DNA from: Nageia nagi
Lineage: Eukaryota; Plantae; Pinophyta
NCBI GenBank assembly: GCA_050084985.1
Contig: JBITNC010000001.1
Location: 177,444,001 to 177,508,000, forward strand
Length of the DNA: 64,000 nt
Direction: 5' to 3'
Part shown: positions 10,901-23,129 of the stretch, one piece after another
Numbering within the stretch: position 1 is the first letter of the stretch
How the letters are laid out: each line of letters begins with the position of its first letter
Translations under genes and position numbers: made by a program
The notes under the pieces: generated by a model
Databases searched by the model: none
What the model saw: only the letters and a program-made list of their open reading frames with translations
Told to the model about the DNA's origin: nothing

Positions 10901-13238
10901 CTAGGAACACTCACACTTAATGGTTGTCCTTTATTTTTTTGTGTCACAAAATGGCTATGCTGCTCTTTTGCTATTGTTTTCTCCTCCAAACTCTCTTCTT
11001 CAAACACATTTTGTTGTAATTTTTTATTACTATATACTCCCCCTTAATCAAAAATTGCATCTCTAGATACAATTGTCTTGTGGCTATTGGGATTATAGAA
11101 TTTGTAAGCCTTTGAATGCTCACAATATCCTATAAATGCACAAGGCTCAGATTTGGCATCCAATTTCCTCCTTTTTTCATCATTTATGTGCACATATGCA
11201 AGACACCCAAACACTCTCAAGTGTTTCCAGATTTGGTTTTCTTTCAAACCAAGCTTCATTTGGAGTAATTTTATGCAAGCTTCTTGTAGGAGACCGGTTC
11301 AAAATATATAATGTTGTTCTTACTGTTTCAACCCAATAAATATTGGATAATTTTTTACTTCGCATCATGCTTCTTGCCATTTCAACAAGTGTCTTGTTTT
11401 CCCTTTCCGCTACACCATTTTGTTGTGGTGTGTAGGGAGAGCTAAGATGTCTCCTAAAGCCATTCTCTTTGGAAAAATGGAAAAAATCATTTCTACAATA
11501 TTTTCCTCCTCTATCACTTCTCAAACATTTCACATTATGCACACTTTGCTTCTCAAATTTTTTAAAACAGTTAAATACTTCATCTTTGCTCTTGATAAAA
11601 TATACCCAATACATTCTAGTGAAATCATCAATGAAAGTGATAAAGTACGAGGATTTACAAAAACTTTGAGTTTGCATAGACCTACAAATGTCAATATGGA
11701 CCAATAAGAGAGGGCATTTGGCTCTCCATGCTTCTTCTTTTGGAAACTTTCCCATTGCTTGCTTTCCTAGTGCACACCCTTCACACACATCTTTACTATA
11801 TTCTACTTGTGGTAGCCCTCTCACCATTGCTGAAAGAGTTTTCAAACTTTGAAAATTCAAGTGTCCAAGCCTCATATGCCAAAGTGTACTTTTGTCTTCA
11901 ATTCCCACAAATACATAGCATCCATCCTTCTTAAGAAACTTTACTGGAAAGAGTTTATTTTCAATCATATGAACAGTAGTCACAAGCCTTTCTCCATGAT
12001 TTTTATCATAAATTTTGCACATTTTATCTTCAAACACGAATTTATAATTTTTTTCTAGCATTTGGCCAATGCTTAGCAAACTTTGTCTTAATTCTAGTGT
12101 AGTAAATATCTTTTACCTTCATGGTTCCCTTTGTTGGAACTTGCATCTCTCTTTTGCTAACAATCTCCAATCTCTTCTCATCTCCCAATTTCACACTAGA
12201 TTTGTATGAATAATCAATTGAAGAGAGTAGGGATTTCTCACTGGTCATGTGTTTTGCACACCCACTATCCAAAAGTCAAGTCTCATCTTTAAGCCTTTGA
12301 GAATCTGTAATTGACAAGAACAACTGTTCTTCACCATATCTATGCTCTTCTTCTTCATAATTTGTTGATTTACTTTCATATGCTTGTTTCATTCTACATT
12401 CATACTCAAGATGGCCAAATTTATAATAGTAATAACATTGCATATTTCTTTTATCTTTCCCTCTGCGTCCTCTTCCAAAGTGTGTCTCCCTTAATGCAAA
12501 TTCTGGTTCATTTTCTGATTTTTGTTCTTTTCCTCTTCCTCTTCCAAAAGAGCCTCTTCTTCCTCCCCTTCCAGATCTTCTACTTCCTCTTGCACCTCTA
12601 TCTTGTCCTCTTCCTTGTCCTTCATTCTTTTTGATGGAAAATGCTTGCTTATCACTATTGCTTGTTCCTGCTCTTATCTTTTCCAACATTCTCTCTTCAT
12701 GTGTTGTAAGAGTGCCAATTAAATTGTCAATTTCAATAATAGAAAGATCTTTTGTCTCTTCAATAATAAGTGCAGTATGGTCATATCTTTCTGTCAAGGT
12801 TCTCAAAACCTTGTTGATGACTACCTCCTTTATATTCTCTCAAAGAATGGCCATTTTATTGATTTTCTTCTCTTCCTACTTCATATTCTCAAACTCCCTT
12901 CTCAGTGTTTGGAATTTTACTTCTTTCACCTTAAGGCTCCCTTGATATCCTTCTCTCAATGTTGCACATGCTTCTTGGGCTAAGACACAAGTTGAGATTC
13001 TAGGAAAGATGCTCTTATCCAATGCCACTTGTATGAAAGATAGAGCCATAAAATTTTGTTTCTCATTCTCCTTTGCATCTGCACTCAAAGCACTCTAATC
13101 AATAGGATCATTGTAGCCAACTTCTCCAATATCCCAGTAGCATTTTCCCTTCAGGAGAGTCTTCATCCGGACACTCCAATACTCATAGTCATTCCCATCA
13201 AATTCTAGAATGGAGATTAAATTTGAGTTGCTTGCCAT
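7990..13238 (-). pseudogene. copia gag-pol pseudogene
   Basis: ORF-track peptides: FDGNDYEYWSVRMK (gag), DSGCAKHM (PR), WHMRLGHLN/CEGCALGKQ/RSDRGG/PQQNGVAER (INT), HMDVKSAFLNG/LYVDDL (RT), GFSDSD/DNQNAI/RTKHFD (RH). Confidence 0.95.
9020..10124 (-). mobile_element. Gypsy-family solo LTR inserted in the copia RT (KQAP|RAW)
   Basis: TGATCC...GGATCA termini; perfect 5-bp TSD CTTGG (9015-9019, 10125-10129); homologous to the LTRs at 37028 and 42915. Confidence 0.92.
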
Positions 13239-13305
13239 GTCTTTTCTTCTCTTTCTGGATAATCTTCTTGAACCCAAACTGATCCAACGAATCTCTAATA
13301 CCAAA

Positions 13306-13746
13306 TGAAGTTATACAATAATTTTGAATAAGTGAATTATACAAATAATTCAACTTTGTAACTCAATTGTGAAATGCACTTAACAATGGAAGCTCACAGT
13401 TTCATAGACCACCCATAAACTTTATTGAGAATGAATTACATACACTTCAACAACATCATAGCTTACAAATACACCTAATTACATACTAGAGGCCGTAGGC
13501 GACCTTAACTCTTTAATTCACATTTTGAAAAATGAAACAATATGGAATTGAAATGATAGGACACAAAAAAATGACACATATAGGAAATACTACTAGCCGA
13601 TTGATCGGTTGGTTGGAACTAATCGATGGACCGATCACGAGTTGGGCTAACCAGTTTGCAAACAGAGAAGAAACACTTAAAACAATAAGCATGAATTTCA
13701 CTTAGTTTTGATGTTTTAGGTTGTCTTAAGGTATTCAAAGTCTTCA
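13306..13746 (-). repeat. copia 5' LTR (441 bp)
   Basis: Adjacent to the PBS. Its first ~45 bp match 6506-6550 and its last ~10 bp match 7938-7947. Confidence 0.85.
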
Positions 13747-13809
13747 CATGTCTACGTCATTACATTTTTAATCTTGATAAGATAAACATGAGGGCCGTTT
13801 TGCTTACAG

Positions 13810-13868
13810 GTGTCATGTTTTTAGAACAAGGATCAAATGTCATCATTACAACTAAGTACTTGCTCTAA
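13810..13868 (+). CDS. VPS9-domain protein, probable last coding exon (GVMFLEQGSNVIITTKYLL*)
   Basis: ttttgcttacag acceptor; phase 1 is open to TAA 13866-13868, followed by U-rich UTR-like sequence. Removing the copia restores an ~80-nt intron. Confidence 0.6.
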
Positions 13869-14249
13869 CGTAGTTTATTTGATTGCGAATCCATTTGTTT
13901 TGGCACTCATTACTATTATTTATTGCTTATTATTGTTTTATCAGTAGCTCAACTATATTTGAAAATTGTATTTGAAAACTAATGACATTAATGAATTTGA
14001 ATTTGTTTAGTTATTTTGTTTTTAGATATTGGAAAAAAGTATTTGAATTTTTTTACATATTCTATCATGTAATTGTATAGAGATTTAAACCTGAGCTTTC
14101 CATGGAGTGTTTTTATTACTTCTTCAACCTTTTTAACATGTACAAATCTTTTTAATTAGTTCTAAACTTCTTATCATACATTTTGGTGAACCCAAATGTG
14201 TTCATTATTGAAGTTTTTACATCTTGGTGAACCCATCATACATATATCA

Positions 14250-15300
14250 CTTTTGAGTGAATATCTATTTTTTGCATTTTATGTTCAAACTTTGGATATA
14301 ATCAAGGTCAATAAAACAAATTTTACAATGTTGAAAGTTCTAAGCAAAATCTAAAGGTCCAACCAAGTTTTGCATCGTTTATCCATAACTCAATGTTTTG
14401 TATAATTTCCTAGTTCAAAATAAAGGTATTTTAGTTTAAATGAACACAATTAAACCCCAACTTTTTTGTCTCAACATGGTAATCCTTCTCAAACTTCCCA
14501 ACCAAATTCTCTACATAGATAGAACTTTTCCACCACTAAGTTGTCTCAAAATACAAAACATTTCCTTCTATGCACCAATAACATATCATTTTAACAAATT
14601 CTAATTAACTCTTATATAAATCAACATTTCTAAGGTATTCATATTCAACATTAATGAGTTACAAATCAACCAATTGGAAAGAAAGATAGAAAGTATTGTT
14701 AGATAAATAAAAAGTTCCATTATATAAAGTTTGTGACTACTATAATATCTTGATGAACAATCTCACTCTTGAAATCTTGTAGCAACCAATCTATTATGAC
14801 CTTATATGAAATTCAAACTCTTTCGAGAAAAGGAAGTTCCAATTGTATGCGTTTCACCTTTTAAATATTTCTATTTTTTCTCTTACAAAGAAATTATTTA
14901 AATCAAACTCTTCCTTCATAGATTTATCAATTCTATCATTTATTGGTTTTGCAACTTTCATATGTTCAATCTTGCATAAAAACTACCATACAATTATTTG
15001 GATATTTTCAATATGAACATTGCTAGGAGGTTGGTATTACTAAACTTAACAAGATTAGGTAGATATTTAATGAATATGTCCATTCCTTTGCATCTCTATA
15101 TAAGCAATTGTGTATGCAAATGAAATATAATATATTTGAAATATTTTTGATGATTTCTTGTGGGCAAATAAAACTTTGGTTATGATTTGTGAAGAAGAAT
15201 TGAGAGATTTGAACTATTCTTTTTCTATTGCTTGTACAAGTAATCATAAATTTTGATTTTAATAAAGTGTAAACATTTTTCAACCATGGATAATTGTCAT
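14250..15300 (-). mobile_element. Highly degenerate hAT transposase remnant
   Basis: Weak motifs (WLKNVY, FF.NHNQS, FAY, WW.S) resembling DUF659-type hAT transposases; many stops. Confidence 0.4.
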
Positions 15301-15649
15301 TAGGTTTAATATAAAGGAGGAAGGAATTGGTATATTTCTAGAAGCACTGAGGAAAATCTTAAAGTTCCTTCTTAAGGACTATGATACACATACCAAATAC
15401 TTGTGGTCAAAACATTATTAATGGGTCTCCTATTTCTTATGGAGATGAAAATATTTCAAGATGGTCTATTATGATACAAACAAGTGTGGAGAATATAGAA
15501 AGATAATCAAGAAACTCATAAATGGAAGAAAACACATGTTTATTAAAAAGAAACAAGTCAACAATTTAGAATATTGTGTAATAAATGGTTTCTCTTTTAT
15601 AAATACTTTTATGGTACAATGATGAATGATTTAAAAACAAAATGTAATA

Positions 15650-18600
15650 TTGATATTCTTGGCCAGCTTAAAAACTCCTTGGTTATCACAAACTTGAATT
15701 GTAGACTCAATTTGATCAACTTGATAATTTGTAAGTACTATTATAAGCCAAACAACTTCATAAGATCCTTTTATTTGTGCTTGGTACTCTACTTCTAGAG
15801 AGGGAAAAGACATGCATATTATTTCTTGCTAGCCTAAGAAATATGTCTTATTCTAATATTGGACATATATCATGATGTGGATTTCCCATCATGTACAAAA
15901 ACCACTCAATCCAACTTCGAATAACCACTCAATTGAAGCTCTTTTCTTTTAGCATATGGAATGCCAAAATATAATGTTCTTTTCATAACTCTTAGCACCC
16001 ACTTTGTTGTTACTTAGTGTTTTCTTTAGGATTAGTCATATATTAGGATATATAGATAACTTCATAGCTCAAATCAAATCTAGACTATGTTGCTAACTAC
16101 CTACCTATAGATAGATTAATTGGTTTCCTTTGAATCTATTTTAGCTAAATATTTCAAAAATTGTTCCATAGGTATATATGAAGATTTATAATCTTCCATT
16201 CTAAACATGTCCAACAAACCCTTGACATATTTTGACTAATAAGCAAAAAATATGACTATTAAATTGCCAATTTTCTACACCTAAAAAATAATGTAGGAGA
16301 CCTAAATTTGTCATGTCAAAAGTGGAACATAAATATGATTTTACCAATTTAAAAGACATCTATCTATGTGGTTTTATTCATCAATTTGTATAATTACTTT
16401 GAATAGTTTTTAAAAATGAAACATTTATGTAATATAATCATTAAAATATTTAATTGATATATATTTACTTCTAGAAAAACTTTGATAAGTTCTACAAACC
16501 AATGGGTTTAAAAGGACATTGAAAGACATCTATCTATCCATCTACATGTAATTATGATGTCATCAACATATACAACTAGAATTACCACATCATCATCCAT
16601 GCTTTTGATAAAGAGATTAGGATTCGAGGGACTTCTCCTGAAGCCCTATCTTCTCAAGTACTTATTAATCTTTATGAACCATGCCCTAAATGTCTATTTT
16701 AGATAAAAAAGAGATTTCTTCAATCTACCCACTAAGTATTCATTCCCTCGAACCTTACATTTATCAGTTGGTATATATATAAACTACTTCATGATGGTTT
16801 ATATTAAAGAATATACTCTTTATGTTCATTTAATATACTGCCTAGCCAAATTATGATTCTATAGCTAGATTCAAACAATTATCTTCATTTTGGTAATAGG
16901 AGCTTTTAATATCTCTATATAATCAATTCCCCCTTTTTGTGAAAATCCCTTTCCAATCATCTCCTGCTTTCAACTTGTTAAGTGCCTCATATGTCTTGTA
17001 TTTGAATTTGTAGACCCATTTATAGTCAATAGGTTTCTTTCATGGAGTTAATCCTTTAAGATCCCAAGTTGTACTCTTCATCAAATTCCCACTTTCAACT
17101 TGCATAACCTTTTACCATTGCGATCTTCCTTTGGTCTCTTCATAGTCCATAGGCTCAAATAATTATTGAAGGTTATCATTCAAAAGCTAATTCATTGTAT
17201 CATATATCTTACCTTCTTTTGGTCTTCATTCCACAAGGAAAATCATGTAACAAAACATCATTATAGATGTTGTACTGTACTTTTGTTTTCTTCTTTTATT
17301 TCTTTCTAATAGAATCACCATGATCATATTGCTTATTTTGTTAGAGTTTAAGAATTCTATTAAAAGCATTATCATCATCTTCTTGATTTCTATACTTTAC
17401 AGCAACTTTTAGGCAAGAAATTTCACGAGAACTTCCCCCCTCTTCAGGTTGAGGTGCTTCATGCACCATATTTGATTTCTTAGACATTTTTTATCCCTTT
17501 TAGAAACTTTCAGATTTAATTTTTATTGTTTCATTGCTTGAAATAACATCACATTGTCATCCACTACCACATGATGACTGTAACATGTTTTATTAGTGTT
17601 AATATCAACTAGCTTATACACATTGTGATTATCACTTTATCCAATAAGTATTATTTTTTACATTTGATATCAAGTTTGGTCCATTTATTTGTAGGAAACC
17701 GTGCATATACAATTGAAGAAAAAAAATTTAAGATGACTTACAATGCATTTTCATCCAAACTATTCTTCTTTTGATATCTCCTTCTGAATTAGTTTTGTAG
17801 GAGATTGATTAAACAAGAATACTAATGTGTGAATTGATTCTATGTAATATTTATAAGGCATGTATTTGTTATCTATCATGCTTCTTTCCATCTCCAATAT
17901 GGTGCAGTGCCTTTCTACCACCCCATTCTATTGTGGAGTGTAATATGTAGTGTATTGCCTCTAAATACCCTCTCAAGTGCAAAAAATAAGAAAATTATTA
18001 AAGTAAAATTCTCCTCCATTGTCTAATCTAATAATTTTTATACTCTTCTTGGATTATTTTTCTACCATAGCCTTGAAAGTTTTGAACTATTTAAAAAAAA
18101 AATTGCTTTAGAAAATATACTTATATTTTTGTTTTTTTGAAAAAGTCATCTATAAATAATAAAAAAAATAATTGCACCATAAAGGTAATGTCATCTTTAT
18201 AGGCCCAAACATCATCATGAATCAAATGAAAAATATTTCTAGATTTCCATGCATATCCTTTGTCAAATAGATTCTTATGTTGTTGTCTAGCTTGACATGT
18301 GCCATAAATTCCTTGCTAATTTTGTATTTATGGAAGTCCATCCAACAATTATTTTGAGTTAGATAAGACAAATAACACAAATTTAAATGCCCATACCTTG
18401 AATGCTAAAGTGAACTATAATTTGGACCACTCTTGGCCATAAATTCTTTTGCCTCCCTTGTATCAACCAATCTGAAATGTTCATGGTGTTCAATACCAAG
18501 AATAACTATTTTCATGTTATTCTTATCAATCATATAAAACTTGTGATTGCTGAAAATCACATGCTAGTGCGGGTTATTTCTTACAATGTCACTAACTGAA

Positions 18601-19400
18601 AGTAGATTTTTATCTATTACAAGAATATAATTGACATTAAGGAAGATCAAATTTTTACCTAATGAGGTTATTTACATATTTCCTTTACCTTCGAATTTTG
18701 ATTCCTTCCAACCATAAAAAAACTACATAATTAGTAAAAGATTCATTAATAACATAATTAATGAAATAATATTTTTTTTGTCAAAATGATGAGATTCACC
18801 ATAATTAATATACCAAGAAGATTTTTTAAGATTGTTTAATTTATCATTATCCATAAAATAAATGGATACTCTTCATCTTGATATTCTGCAAGATTGGCTT
18901 ACTTCTTAGGCTATTAGTTATTTTTATGACCTAGCAACCAATTCCTACAAAACATCTTCTTATGACCTAGATTTCTATAAAAATAAGATTTAAAACATTA
19001 TTAATTACTTGATTCATTTGATATATTGTTTCCCTATTTATTTTCACCATCAAAATTCTTAGCCATACCCTTAACGTTGGCTACCAAAACTTAAATAATC
19101 TAACTACTACTACCAACCTATGTTTTCCAACTATTTTATTTCAAAAAATTAGTATTTAAGTCATTAAATTTTATGTTATCATTAGTAGTAATAATATTAA
19201 GGGTTTTAGTAAAATGCTCAAATATAATAGGTAAACTCTTTAGAGTGATGTCCATACCATATCTTCTTCGTCATTATTTTCCTAATGGATTTTATTGTCT
19301 TAGATCTTAAATCTTTAATAAATGGTCTTGCAAAGAATCACTTTCATCCATTTTGATTAAGAATATTTTTTTTAGGATAATATAATATAATTATATTAGT
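15650..19400 (-). mobile_element. Degenerate Ty1/copia internal region (gag-PR-INT-RT-RH)
   Basis: CDNQGVFKLAKN and DGKSTS (RH), KWVYKFKYK (RT), YTPQ*NGVVER and RYGHLN (INT), WYINYGESHH (PR). Confidence 0.82.
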
Positions 19401-21720
19401 TATCACAGGTGAACAATAAAGTCAAAGGGACTTATAAGTACAATTAGATAGGCATAAAAGAACTAAGGAAAAAGACCCTAGAAAAAAAAGTTGACTATGA
19501 TAAATAAGTAAACAGACAAACATAGAGGTAGGGAGGTGTTGGGGAAAAGAAGCCTCAAAGTTAAACCTAAATATTATAATATGAAATCACTCTTAACATC
19601 TGAGGTCAAAGGAATGCTAGAGTCTATGAAGAAAGTGGTAATAAAGGATTATTTATGTTATCTTTATGATAAATGTAAGGAGGTGCCCTAGTGCAAATTT
19701 GAAACAAATTTGTAGCATCTAGGGTAGGAGGTCATTGGGGGACCTAGATGGTAGTGTGTGATGGAAAGTGTCACTCAACTAGCATGTTGTTAGTTGTGTA
19801 AGAGCTAGAATTATATTAAGGTGTTTGATCTCCCTAATAAAAGAAATAGGTTGAAAGAAAGAAGCGATCAACCTAGAAGTGATGCAGGTCTTGTGTAGAG
19901 ATCTACATCTAATTGAAATAGCCTCTCAAATATAGAGGGCTAAACCCTAATGGAAGATGCCAAAAGAATTTGGAGAGATAGTTGTTGGACTCTTTGAATA
20001 AGTAGTGTAATCTCTCCCAAATCACATAGTAAGTATGATACTTGAAGATAAAATAGTCCTTAGACTCCATTTTCTTGATGGAGAAAAGATTATAAATATT
20101 ATCCTCATATGGGATATGGTGATCAGGTTCAATACAAATGTGGTAGGAATGTACTCTCATCTATTGAAGAGGGGTCCTAAAGCCATGTAAAAAATAATAT
20201 TAAATGTAGGAGGGATGATATATGGTACAATCAACTACCTAGATACAATATTTTGCATAAAAGGCCAACTTGGGGTTGAGTGGTGAAGAAGGATAATTCC
20301 ACATGATTAAAGTTTATTACTAGTAAATATTAACCCAAATCGACCTTCGAGTACTATCCTTTGAAGGAAAAGGTTGAGGGGGATTAATTAAAGTTAATTT
20401 GTTTAGGGAGGAAGATAATTGATGGACATGTCTTAGAGAACCAATAATGTCAATATCTAGATTAGCTTAAAGAGATGATGTTCTCAATGGAGCAAAGGGA
20501 TATAAATGCATAGTTTGAATAACTTGAGGTGACAATCCCTATAAATATGAGTTTATGAATGTAGATGATGATTTGAAATATTCATTCAAGATGAAGGGTT
20601 GGATATGTGAACTCATCCTAGATAATATACTAAGGTACCATTTTTTTTGATGCATTATATGTTAGAGCATCAAATTTTGAAACCATTTAAAGTAAGCCTA
20701 ATCAATGGATCATAAATTGGGCACCTAAATATCAAACCCATAAGTGGAAATGGATTGATTAATGACATTGAAGAGATAAATATTTTAATGGATATCCTAA
20801 ATATGGGTATGAAAACATTACCATTATAGAATGGAGATGGAAGCATAGCCCTTGCAAATATGCAATTGAGAGGTAGGTCTCAAGTTAAAAGAAGGTTTAG
20901 AAAATAACACCCCTAAGTAGATGTAAGAGGTGACGATCTCTACTAGTTCTCTTTTGTATAAAAACTAGAACTTAGAGGAAATATCTTTATAATTGTCAAA
21001 AATTATGATTTTTGATGTTCACAAGTTGTTGAATATCACAAATTGATCAAAAGCATATAGCTATCTCTATGATTCATCAATAGAGTGGGAGAGGATAATC
21101 ACATTGTTTGAAAAAATAAGAATAATAATAAATACATTATGAATAAAATAATTATCTTCCACATGAGTATTATGTGAAATTAAACTCCTTAATTTTTAGA
21201 TTAATATAAATAGTAAAGAGTACTAATAATAGGGAATGAACCTAGTGTTTAACCCTAATGGTGCTCTTGATAGAGTCAGAGGCTGTAAAGTGTAGATAAC
21301 TAGTTGACTACTATCTCATATAGCTTGGTTATAACTAGAATAAGGGGATCAAAGATATCAATTTTTACAAGGAATTGGAGAATAAGGAGTCTTAGGACTA
21401 AGTCAAAGGCCTTTCTAAAGTCAATGAAGCAAAAAAGACTTTGATGGACCACTAGTGAGCCTCCTTTATAATGGCTTGAAGGAAAAGTATGTGATTAATA
21501 GTTTGGTAATTTATCCTAAAACCTACCTATCCCATAACTTGAGGTTCTTTCACTCTAGTTATTTTGATAATTCTATTTCTAACATTATACAATACAACTT
21601 GGAAAATGTATGTTTGATCATAATAGTCCTATAGTTTCTTAAAATGGAACTATCTCCTAATTTGTGGATGTGGTTAATAATGTGTTATGCCTAGGAGGGG
21701 GTAAATTTAGAGAAAATAAC
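19400..21720 (-). mobile_element. Degenerate RTE-like LINE
   Basis: Minus-strand NYRTIMI (~21620), CFIDFRKAFD (~21420), IKSTIRVKH (~21260) and IYLGV (~20915). The left boundary is uncertain. Confidence 0.7.
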
Positions 21721-21749
21721 TTCATTAAAGATTTGAGAAAGTGGAAAAG

Positions 21750-23093
21750 CGAGTGAATCAACTCTGTGTTTAAAGAACTTTACCTAGAAGGCCTTAATTT
21801 ACAAATTTACTAGTGTCAAGTTTTTGAATAATATTCTTGATATCATTAGTAAGAAACAACTAGAAAGAGGGATAGTGTACCTTTATTATAAGTTTTATGT
21901 AAGTATTTTTAACTAGACCAAATATGTACAACACTACATCCGATATGCATTTCAAGGAGCTTTTCATTAGTAACATATAGCTTGACCAACTTCAAGATAT
22001 CTTTATTTTGTTCATCAAACTTATATGATATTTTTCTACTATTCTAGGGCATTGTTCCTTCCCCAATATAATTTGATCCAAAAAATCATACTAAAAAATG
22101 CCCAACAACTTTTGTTTCTAGGTATTATAATTCTTCCTAGAAAACTTTTGGTCATCCTTCAACATAATGTTATAAAACTACCATTTTTAAATGAAAATAC
22201 CAATCTATATATTTCTAAAATAATTTTTTAATAATAAATAAATCTATTCCTTACTCAAGTAATGATCTGTAGGATCATCATAAAAATCCATATTATTCAT
22301 TTTAATAGTTGGTAGAATTACCTACTTACTTCATAAATATGGTAACAAAATCATATAAACGTTATAACTTTCTTGAATAGAAAGCCCTTTTAGTTTCTTG
22401 ATGTGTATCGATAATTCATTCCTTGGTTGTCACGTATTAATAAATTTTGTATACATTCAACCCTTTCACATTTGAATTCTTCTCACTTTGTCTCTAATAC
22501 CATATTACAAAAATTGGACATACAAAGAAATCAAAATTTTTGAAGAGAAAACTCAAAGAGAAAATACTGGAGTAATTATCAAATAAAGAGAGAAAACACA
22601 TCTTTGTAAGTATACATCACAACCTTAAATAATAAACCCTAAAATAATGAGTTATTACAAGTGTATATTATTACCATTTCCATATTTATTTCTTGTTTTC
22701 TCGTTTGGTTCACTCTTCTTTTATAGACTTTTACAATTGAGAACACCTATCATCTAAACTCAATCGATCAAAAGTTTTGTTGCCAACCCTAGTCAACAAA
22801 CCTATAATTATATTTTTAATTACAATATGGTCCATGAATTTTTAAACCAATATAACCAAAAAAAGCTTGATAATTTCATTATGAATATTAATTTTATTAG
22901 AAATAACCATTTGAATACATGAATGATTTTTTTTGATATGGGTAAAATAGGGTTTTGAAGATTACTAGAACATTAAATATTACCAAAAGATTTTAAACTA
23001 AGCTTGAAAATAATACATCTTAGGGTGTTATCCCTAATTTCTATGGCTAAAATATTAGAGTTACATTCATGCCCTAAAAGGACAACTTTAACA
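21750..23093 (-). mobile_element. LTR retrotransposon 5' remnant: LTR (22503-23093), PBS and gag-like sequence
   Basis: PBS rc TGGTATTAGAGA at 22491-22502; LTR ends TATTA (from TGTTA)...TAACA. Confidence 0.55.
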
Positions 23094-23129
23094 TAGTTAA
23101 ATGTAAAGTAAAAAAAAAAAAAAATATTG

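Larger units (their letters stand above)
6506..13746 (-). mobile_element. Ty1/copia LTR retrotransposon (degenerate, carries nested insertions)
   Basis: Termini TGAAG...CTTCA; TSD TATGT (6501-6505)/CATGT (13747-13751). Met-type PBS (rc TGGTATTAGAG, 13293-13303) and PPT 7948-7958; gag-PR-INT-RT-RH order. Confidence 0.92.
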
